Virus record (IMG/VR): IMGVR_UViG_3300017649_000001
Location: 24,798-88,797 of that record
DNA: 64,000 nt
Strand: one strand, 5' to 3'
From: a virus
Lineage: Duplodnaviria; Heunggongvirae; Uroviricota; Caudoviricetes
Shown: positions 57,214-64,000 of the stretch, piece after piece
Position numbering within the stretch: position 1 is the first letter of the stretch
Layout of the letters: each line of letters begins with the position of its first letter
Notes under the pieces: generated by a model
The model's input: only the letters and a program-made list of their open reading frames with translations
The model's database searches: none
What the model was told of the DNA's origin: nothing
Program-made: the position numbers and the translations under genes

Positions 57214-57473
57214 GTAGGCTTGGAAAGCCGAACCGGACGAGAATCCAAAAGGAGATCATGGGTATCGTCATGCGCGCCGCGAGCGACGGAACACCTGTGA
57301 AGCTGCAGGACTTGCCAGCCATGCTTTCACACGCCCCATCTTATGACGCCACAAGAGTGAGCATCCGGTTCCTTGAAAACCACGGCGTGCTAAAGCGTGT
57401 CCGAGATAAGGGCCTCACGTATCTACATCCCACTCCTTCTTCCTACGAGTGGTTTCGGATGAATTACCGGTGA
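57210..57473 (+). CDS. hypothetical protein
   Basis: ATGA-overlap ORF. Confidence 0.4.
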   Translation: MSRLGKPNRTRIQKEIMGIVMRAASDGTPVKLQDLPAMLSHAPSYDATRVSIRFLENHGVLKRVRDKGLTYLHPTPSSYEWFRMNYR

Positions 57474-57483
57474 TGCGATTTCG

Positions 57484-57572
57484 TCCAACTCTCTAAATAT
57501 ATTATATACAGAATGATAAATATCTAATTAGTTATTTATATATTTAGAGAGTTGGATGAAATTGCAGAACCC
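57484..57572. promoter_or_regulatory. AT-rich inverted-repeat element ending in GTTGGATGAAATTGCAGAAC (second copy at 44078-44172)
   Basis: 18-bp inverted repeat tccaactctctaaatata/tatatttagagagttgga around an AT-rich core; lies upstream of the terminase genes. Confidence 0.5.
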
Positions 57573-57661
57573 GCCGGATAATGGGCCTGAAACTCATATA
57601 ATTGTAAAATCATGCCGGTTATGGTAATTAACTGTTTAGTTATTAACGCTGGAAGTACAAG

Positions 57662-58315
57662 ATGACAACTGAGCCGGAGACACCGGAGAACACTGAAGAA
57701 GAAAAGTCCGGCCGGAGAAAGTTGTCGGACGCCGATTACGCGGAAGCTTGCAATTTGTACGAACTTGGACAGGCCGGCATTGCTGAACTGTCTGATAAAT
57801 ACGGGTGCACGCGCCAGAATTTGTATAACCGCTTTAAAGCAGACGGCATCAAAAAATCTTCACGGGTCCACGAGCTTCAAACTGCGGCCACCGAAGCGGC
57901 AAAAAAGGCGGCCGAAGTTGCGGCTGCCGCAGCAAACCGTTTTAGCGCCAAACGCGCCGAACTGATCGAAGAGACCCGAATACAGGGCCTTAACCTTTTC
58001 AAGCAAAGTCGCCTGCTGGCTCACAAGGTCGTCACGGACGCTCTGAAGTCCGCACACTCGCTCGCATCTGTCGATGACGATCTTAAGGCGCTTCAACGAT
58101 ACAACAAGATTCTCACAGAGAACATCACCACGTCGCTCCAAGTGCTGAATGCAGACGAGCACGTTGACGAGAGCGATATGCCTCTCCTGCGCATCGAGGA
58201 TCTGACTGAAGAGGACATTCTTCAGCACCACAAGAATACGGGTGCTCTCGAGCATGACGCGACGGTTGATGATCTAAACCTACCTGATCTATCGGAAGTC
58301 ACCAGGACAATCTGA
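57662..58315 (+). CDS. terminase small subunit (putative)
   Basis: HTH-like N-terminus; stop overlaps the terminase large subunit start (ATGA). Confidence 0.5.
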   Translation: MTTEPETPENTEEEKSGRRKLSDADYAEACNLYELGQAGIAELSDKYGCTRQNLYNRFKADGIKKSSRVHELQTAATEAAKKAAEVAAAAANRFSAKRAELIEETRIQGLNLFKQSRLLAHKVVTDALKSAHSLASVDDDLKALQRYNKILTENITTSLQVLNADEHVDESDMPLLRIEDLTEEDILQHHKNTGALEHDATVDDLNLPDLSEVTRTI

Positions 58316-59589
58316 TGGCTGCCCCGATCTGCACATCGCTCAAAGTCCACGCCGGCCAGTCCATAATCATGCGAAATCAGTCTCGCTTTCGCGTGGTTGT
58401 GGCCGGTCGCCGTTGGGGTAAAACCCAGATTTCAAAGATTTCCATCGTGAAGGCTGCAGCCTCCAAGCCAAATCAGCTCGTCTGGTATGTCGCGCCGACC
58501 TATCAAATGGCTCGCCAGATCATGTGGGATGATCTTCGCTTGTCGATTCCGCGGGAGTGGATTGTCAAAGTCCACGAGACGCGAATGGAGATCTATCTCT
58601 ACAACGGCTCGAAAATTGCGCTGAAAGGCGCGGATAAGCCGGACACCCTGCGCGGTGTGGGTCTGCATTTCGTGGTGATCGACGAGGCGCAGGATATCAA
58701 AAAGGAGACATGGGAAGAGGTTCTCCAGCCGACGTTGGCAACCACAAACGGAAAGGCTCTCTTTATCGGCACGCCGAAGGCATACAACTGGCTCTACGAT
58801 AAGTGGCGCTTTGGCCAGCGTGGCGATTTTTACTTCGACGACAACGGTAAGAAGCATCCGAATGAATGGCATTCGTGGCAGTTTCCGACCATAACATCGC
58901 CATTCATTCCACGCGCTGAGATCGAAGCACGCCGCAGAGACATGGATCCGCGCTCGTTCCGTCAGGAATTTGAGGCGTCTTTCGAGTCCATGGCAGGACG
59001 CGTCTACTACAATTTCAGCCGTAAGACGCACGTTACCGATCTGGCATTCAATCCGCACGAACCAATCTACATCGGTATGGACTTTAACATCGATCCTATG
59101 TCCGCCGTGGTGCTTCAGGAGAAACCGAATGGTGAAATCTGGGCAATCGATGAGATCGTCCAGTATTCGTCGAACGCCGAGGAGACCGGTGAGGAAATCA
59201 TGCGGCGCTATTACAAATACGCCAATCAGATTTTCGTCTTTCCGGATCCCGCAGGTAACAACCGTAACCACGACCGCGGCGAGTCTTCGCTCGATGTGCT
59301 TCGAGATCAGGGTCTGAAGAATATCTACTTCAAAAAGAAACACCCCGCCGTCCAGGATCGTGTAGCGTCCGTAAACCGCCTTCTCATGTCGGCTGACGGT
59401 CAAATGAGGCTCAAGGTGGACCGGAAATGCGTTCGTCTGATCGATTCATTGGAACAGACGATCTACAAGCCAGGTGCTCGTGAGGTCGATAAGTCACAAG
59501 GTGTCGAACACGTCACCGATGCTCTTGGTTATTACACCGATTACAGGTTCCCGGTCCGTAAGGTCAACATCCTTGGGGTAGAAGTTTGA
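58315..59589 (+). CDS. terminase large subunit
   Basis: Walker A 'VVAGRRWGKT', Walker B 'HFVVIDEAQDI', C-terminal nuclease-like region. Confidence 0.75.
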   Translation: MAAPICTSLKVHAGQSIIMRNQSRFRVVVAGRRWGKTQISKISIVKAAASKPNQLVWYVAPTYQMARQIMWDDLRLSIPREWIVKVHETRMEIYLYNGSKIALKGADKPDTLRGVGLHFVVIDEAQDIKKETWEEVLQPTLATTNGKALFIGTPKAYNWLYDKWRFGQRGDFYFDDNGKKHPNEWHSWQFPTITSPFIPRAEIEARRRDMDPRSFRQEFEASFESMAGRVYYNFSRKTHVTDLAFNPHEPIYIGMDFNIDPMSAVVLQEKPNGEIWAIDEIVQYSSNAEETGEEIMRRYYKYANQIFVFPDPAGNNRNHDRGESSLDVLRDQGLKNIYFKKKHPAVQDRVASVNRLLMSADGQMRLKVDRKCVRLIDSLEQTIYKPGAREVDKSQGVEHVTDALGYYTDYRFPVRKVNILGVEV

Positions 59590-59649
59590 CCTTGCTATTA
59601 ACTAATTAGTTAGTTATTCTTTGCTCCAAGTTAATGGTCGAGTTGTATT

Positions 59650-61269
59650 GTGGCACGGAAACCTAAAAGCGAAATCTATGCTGAGTTCTATGAGCGTCGT
59701 CATCCAATGTATGACGCGCTCCTTGAACATTGGCGTTTCTGCGAATCCACTTACAAAGGCGGTCGCAATTGGTTTAGCGAGAACATTTTTCGCTACTTCA
59801 AGGAAGGTCCGGGCGAGTATGCTGATCGTATTCAGCGTGCCTATCGCTTCAATCACACCCGTGAGGTTGTGGAACTTGTCCAGAAATATCTGTTCAAGGT
59901 AGGACCGGCGCGATCCAACGAGGCTCCAGATGCCGTCAAAAAGTTCTGGAAGCGCTCCACGCTCTCGGGCGCAAGCATCGACCATCTCGTCCGTGTCGCA
60001 AGCACGGCGTCGTCGATCACAGGTGTTTGCGCCGTTGTGATCGACAACAATATGGGCAACGTCGTTGCCGAAAAGGAAAATATCTCTGTAGCGGAAGCCG
60101 ACAAGGCGCGCGTCTACGGATATATCGTCAATGCCCGTGATATTCTGGATTACGCTTGGGACGAAGATGGCGACGGCGAACTGCTGTGGGTCAAACTCCG
60201 CGAGCATGTTCGGGACGATGCGAACTTTCTGACCTCGAGCGGTGAGATTTACGAGCGCGTGCGTGTTTGGACACGCACTGAGTGGTTTCTTTACACCAAG
60301 AAGACTGTACGCACTCGGACGTCCGCAACATCGGTTCATTCGAGCGAGACCGCTGAAGTTGTCGAGCTGACCGATAAGGGCACGCACGACCTCGGCTTCG
60401 TCCCGGTCAAGATTTTTCGTCACCAGGTCACTGACGAGCCTTACATTTCGTCCGGACTGATCGATGAAATCGCCTATATGGATCGAGCCGTTGCGAATTA
60501 CCTGTCCAACCTCGATGCTATTATTCAGGATCAGACCTTCTCTCAGCTTGCTATTCCGGCTCAGTCGCTGAGCAACGCTGACGGCGCTGAGAAAAAGGCC
60601 GTCGAGATGGGCACCAAGCGCATCTTTACCTACGACGGCGGTTCTGGTTCGAATGCGAAACCGGAGTATTTGTCGCCCGATCCCAAGCAGGCCGGCGTAA
60701 TTCTGGAATCCATTAACAAAATTATCAGCGAAATTTATCACACCATCGGTCTCGCAGGTGAGCGAACCAAGGAAGATAATTCCGTTGGTATCGACAATTC
60801 GTCCGGCGTAGCGAAAGCCTACGACTTCGAGCGCGTAAATTCCTTGCTACTGTCCAAGGCTCAGAGCTGCGAGCTTCTTGAGAACTGGATCATCAAGGCT
60901 GTGTGCGCATGGCACCACGTCGATCAGGACGAAGAAGAACAGTTTGTAACCTATCCGACCACTTTCGACGTCATGCGACTGGTGGACGATCTGGTTACGG
61001 CTGAAGCTCTCCAGAAGATCAATGCACCTTCGGAGATCCGCAAACTTCAGATGAAGGGTCTGGCAAAGAAGCTGTTTCCGCAGATCGACGCCGCTCTTGA
61101 GAAGAAGATCGAGGCCGATATCGACAAATGGGAAACTAGCCCCGTCGTCACGGCTTCAACTGTCCCCAACCCGACAGGATCGAAAGCAACCGCCGAAGGT
61201 AGTCGGCAGGGGCAAGTAACATCCAAAACCGAAAAGATCAACAAGGCCAAGGGTGAGATAGCAGCCTAA
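59650..61269 (+). CDS. portal protein (putative)
   Basis: 539-aa ORF immediately after the terminase large subunit; GTG start; the overlapping 375-aa minus ORF is rejected. Confidence 0.5.
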   Translation: MARKPKSEIYAEFYERRHPMYDALLEHWRFCESTYKGGRNWFSENIFRYFKEGPGEYADRIQRAYRFNHTREVVELVQKYLFKVGPARSNEAPDAVKKFWKRSTLSGASIDHLVRVASTASSITGVCAVVIDNNMGNVVAEKENISVAEADKARVYGYIVNARDILDYAWDEDGDGELLWVKLREHVRDDANFLTSSGEIYERVRVWTRTEWFLYTKKTVRTRTSATSVHSSETAEVVELTDKGTHDLGFVPVKIFRHQVTDEPYISSGLIDEIAYMDRAVANYLSNLDAIIQDQTFSQLAIPAQSLSNADGAEKKAVEMGTKRIFTYDGGSGSNAKPEYLSPDPKQAGVILESINKIISEIYHTIGLAGERTKEDNSVGIDNSSGVAKAYDFERVNSLLLSKAQSCELLENWIIKAVCAWHHVDQDEEEQFVTYPTTFDVMRLVDDLVTAEALQKINAPSEIRKLQMKGLAKKLFPQIDAALEKKIEADIDKWETSPVVTASTVPNPTGSKATAEGSRQGQVTSKTEKINKAKGEIAA

Positions 61270-61347
61270 GCCTGACCAATTATCAACCGACTGACCGAGA
61301 TACTGGTCATTCCTTAAAGCCCAAGATACCGGGCAGGGAGTAAGAAA

Positions 61348-62277
61348 ATGCCGCATTGGCTTAATAAGTACGCAATCGTTCGCAACGCAGATGGTCTGGG
61401 TTCCGGTGGTGGCGAAGGTGACGGCGCTGCTGCCGCAAAGAAAGAGGGCGATGAAGGCGATGGAAAGACCGCCGAAACCGCCGACGACAAGAACAAACCT
61501 GGCGCCGAGAAGGCTGCCGGAGCGACTGCTGCTGACCTTGAAAAAGCTTCAGCCGAAGAGCTGCGTCGCATCATCGCGAATATGAGCAAGGAGAAGGAAG
61601 AACTTCTCGGCGACGTGATGAAGAAGAAGTCCAAGCTGACGGAGAGCGAAAAACTCCTGAAGGAATATGGCGAGATTTCACCCGACAAGGTTCGGGAACT
61701 GCTTGACCGTGAGCGTCAGGCCGAAGAAGCACGTGTTGCCGCCGAGCGAGAAGCTGCGGAGCGGGCAGGTGACTTCGAGCGCGTCAAGGAAATGATGGCA
61801 GAACAGCATCGCCGTGAAGTTGAAGAATTGAAGGCAAATCTCACCACCAAGTCCTCGCGAGAAGGTGAGCTGATTTCTGTCATCAATGAATTGACCATCG
61901 GCAACTCGTTCTCAGGCTCCGGTTTCATTCGTGACAATCTTCTACTGTCGCCGGCCAAGGCCCGTACCCTGTATGGCGGCCATTTCGATAGCGAAGATGG
62001 AAAGATCGTTGCCTATGACAAGCCGCGTGGCGCTGCAAATCGCACACCGCTCGTGGACAGCCAGGGTAACAACCTCGACTTTGAAGCCGCTATTGAACAC
62101 ATCATCCAGAACGATCCGGACAAGGATAGTATCCTCAAGTCCAAGATGAAGAAGGGTGCCGGTTCTCGCAGTGCAAATGTTGAAGGTGACGGCGATGGTA
62201 AAGCTAAAGATGACGGCCTGTATGGATCGTCGCGTATCTCGGCAACCATTAGTCAATTCACTGGCCTCAAGCGATAA
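61348..62277 (+). CDS. scaffolding protein (putative)
   Basis: Gly/Asp/Glu/Lys-rich coiled-coil ORF between the portal and capsid genes. Confidence 0.45.
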   Translation: MPHWLNKYAIVRNADGLGSGGGEGDGAAAAKKEGDEGDGKTAETADDKNKPGAEKAAGATAADLEKASAEELRRIIANMSKEKEELLGDVMKKKSKLTESEKLLKEYGEISPDKVRELLDRERQAEEARVAAEREAAERAGDFERVKEMMAEQHRREVEELKANLTTKSSREGELISVINELTIGNSFSGSGFIRDNLLLSPAKARTLYGGHFDSEDGKIVAYDKPRGAANRTPLVDSQGNNLDFEAAIEHIIQNDPDKDSILKSKMKKGAGSRSANVEGDGDGKAKDDGLYGSSRISATISQFTGLKR

Positions 62278-62381
62278 CTAACCGGTTATTTATTTTCTCC
62301 TTGTTTTGGCTTGGCTGTTCGGTTAACATAACTAAATAGTTAGTTAATCGAATGGCCTTTTTGTGCCCAAGGAGAAATTGA

Positions 62382-63284
62382 ATGCCGCTGCTTCTTACTG
62401 AAGCTGCCAAGCTCTCGCGGGATGATTTCCAGCGCGGCGTGGTAGAAGAAATTATCACCGAAGACGCGCTTTACGCGCTGCTTCCGTTCACTCAGACGCA
62501 GAACCGCGTTTATTCCTACGTCCGCGAAGGCACGATCGCCGGCGGTGCATGGGCGGCTGCTTATGATACGCTTGAAGAAAGCGCATCGACCTACACCGAA
62601 GTCGACACCCGCGTGAAGGCGCTGATCGGTCAGGTTGACCTCGACAACCTCACGGTTGTTTCAGAATCCAATATCAACGATCAGGTCGCTCTTCAGGTCG
62701 CATCGAAGACCAAGGGTATGTCGCGCCAGTTCCGTGACAATCTGATCAATGGTGATGCGGACGCTGATCCGAAGACCTTTGACGGTCTGAAAAAGCTGGT
62801 CGTACCCGCTCAGACTCTTGAAGCTGGTGCTGACGGCGCCGCAGTTTCTCTCGCCGCTCTCGACGAGCTGAAGGACGCTGTACCGCTTCGTCCTGACTTC
62901 TTCCTGATGCGTCGCGGCACTTGGCGCTCGATCCGTGGTCTTCTCCGCGCGATGGGCGGCAACATGGCTGACACCATGATGATCCCGAACTTCGGCCAGC
63001 CTGTGCCTTGCTACGACGGCACGCCGATCCTGTTCTCTGAGTTCATCAAGGCCGACGAAGAGCAGGGCACGAACGACGCAACCACGTCGATCTACGCTGT
63101 TCGTGCAAACGAAGCTGATGGCGTGCACGGCCTGTTCCTCGGCGGTCATGCTGGTCTGAACGTGACCAACATGGGCGATCTCGAAGATAAGGACGCTATG
63201 CGTATCCGTCTTCGTTGGTACGCAGGTCTGGCTCTGAAGGCCACGCACTCGGTTGCTCGCCTCAAGGGCATCACCAACATTTAA
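62382..63284 (+). CDS. major capsid protein (putative)
   Basis: 300-aa ORF after the scaffold gene; RBS aaggag; strong terminator downstream. Confidence 0.5.
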   Translation: MPLLLTEAAKLSRDDFQRGVVEEIITEDALYALLPFTQTQNRVYSYVREGTIAGGAWAAAYDTLEESASTYTEVDTRVKALIGQVDLDNLTVVSESNINDQVALQVASKTKGMSRQFRDNLINGDADADPKTFDGLKKLVVPAQTLEAGADGAAVSLAALDELKDAVPLRPDFFLMRRGTWRSIRGLLRAMGGNMADTMMIPNFGQPVPCYDGTPILFSEFIKADEEQGTNDATTSIYAVRANEADGVHGLFLGGHAGLNVTNMGDLEDKDAMRIRLRWYAGLALKATHSVARLKGITNI

Positions 63285-63314
63285 TCTTGTTACTAACTAA
63301 ACCGTTAGTTATTA

Positions 63315-63342
63315 TGGGGCAGGTAATTCCTGCCCCATTTTT
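63315..63342 (+). terminator. intrinsic terminator
   Basis: ggggcagg-taattc-ctgcccc followed by ATTTTTATT. Confidence 0.7.
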
Positions 63343-63356
63343 ATTAGGACAATCAA

Positions 63357-64000
63357 ATGGACGATATGAAATATCTTCGACTGACTGCGAAAGAGTGGGC
63401 GGGTTACTCCGGTCCCATCGGCGTAGTCTGGTTCAAGGACGGCGTTTCTACAGAGCCTTGGCAGAAGCACGTTCGCGACCGAGTTTCCTCGGCAATTCCC
63501 ATGGAAGAATTTACCGACGACGGTGACGTGCAGGAAGCAGGTCAGGCGGCCGACTCTCTGCGCAACCGTCTCGTTCGGGTTGAAAACCCTGCGCCGCTGA
63601 AGCGTCAGACGGTCGACGGAAAAGTCGCCGAAATGGTGAAGACCGTTCTGGGGAATGTGCCAAAGCGCACTCTTCGATCCCAGGATGAACTGGAGGCTAT
63701 TATCGCCGCAAAGGGCATCGCCGGCCTCAGAGAAGTGGCCGCTGAGTGGAACGTGAAGGGTAAGTCGATCCCGGATCTTCTTGAAGCGATTAGTCGTGCT
63801 CAGAACTCTTACAGCTCCACGCATTTGGTTCGCTCGGACGCTTTGCGAGAGAAGTACGCGGAAGCATACGGGCAGAAAACCGAATCTACGGGTTCTGACG
63901 ACGCCCTAACCTCCCCGGTGACTGAGAAGCCAAAGCGTGGCCGCCGTAAAAACAAGGAAATCGCCGAAGCCGCCGCAACAGGCGATCTTGCCGCGGCGCT
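63357..64000 (+). CDS. hypothetical protein (3'-truncated at the window edge; likely head or structural)
   Basis: ATG at 63357 opens a frame with no stop through position 64000; it is missing from the ORF track because it is truncated. Confidence 0.5.
   Translation, partial: MDDMKYLRLTAKEWAGYSGPIGVVWFKDGVSTEPWQKHVRDRVSSAIPMEEFTDDGDVQEAGQAADSLRNRLVRVENPAPLKRQTVDGKVAEMVKTVLGNVPKRTLRSQDELEAIIAAKGIAGLREVAAEWNVKGKSIPDLLEAISRAQNSYSSTHLVRSDALREKYAEAYGQKTESTGSDDALTSPVTEKPKRGRRKNKEIAEAAATGDLAAA

Noticed and set aside
59614-60741. 375-aa minus-strand ORF antisense to the putative portal gene
   Set aside because: Gene order terminase-portal-scaffold-capsid on the + strand is consistent, and no promoter motif or RBS supports the minus ORF.
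63312-63824. 170-aa minus-strand ORF at the window end
   Set aside because: It lies antisense to an open + strand frame that starts at 63357 right after the capsid terminator and continues to the window edge.
1-64000. Integrase, excisionase or lysis cassette (holin/endolysin)
   Set aside because: No tyrosine or serine recombinase motifs and no obvious lysozyme, amidase or holin pair appear among the ORFs. They presumably lie outside this window.

Overview
This window reads as a contiguous 64-kb piece of a large tailed dsDNA phage (or phage-plasmid) genome, roughly 54% GC. Genes are tightly packed, mostly on the + strand, and often share ATGA stop/start overlaps.

From 1 to 42.5 kb is a replication, recombination and nucleotide-metabolism block. 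Recombination and repair genes are a RecA/UvsX-like recombinase, an Mre11/SbcD nuclease, a Rad50/SbcC ATPase with a CxxC zinc hook, a RuvC-like resolvase and a DnaQ-like 3'-5' exonuclease. Nucleotide-metabolism genes are class I ribonucleotide reductase (NrdA, NrdB, NrdH glutaredoxin), ThyX, dUTPase, a P-loop kinase, a YfbR-like HD 5'-deoxynucleotidase, a NUDIX hydrolase and a SpoT-like HD alarmone hydrolase. Other recognisable genes are an HNH endonuclease, a lambda-type Ser/Thr phosphatase, an RtcB RNA ligase, an SPFH/band-7 protein and an N6-adenine-methylase-like protein whose catalytic motif is degenerate. A two-gene minus-strand cassette and two AT-rich islands interrupt this block.

From 42.5 to 49.1 kb the sequence is unusual. 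It is ORF-poor and packed with dispersed repeats: CCWWWGG heptamers, tandem ATAGGYA iterons, a GGATTTTTGGGGAAC module, a purine-only tract, a (CATGTG)n microsatellite and many perfect hairpins. The few genes there are small and unrelated, including an AT-rich minus-strand gene.

From 49 to 64 kb the window holds an HslV/proteasome-like Ntn-hydrolase-like protein, a minus-strand operon (ParG-like RHH, ParA, SF2/UvsW-like helicase), two ParB-N-domain proteins, a standalone ABC-type ATPase, the small and large terminase subunits, a putative portal, scaffold and major capsid, and a 3'-truncated downstream ORF.

A palindromic element, TAACTAA-N3-6-TTAGTTA and variants, sits 10-40 bp upstream of roughly 28 start codons. 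It is the most pervasive regulatory signal in the window. I saw no tRNA, CRISPR array, integrase or lysis cassette.
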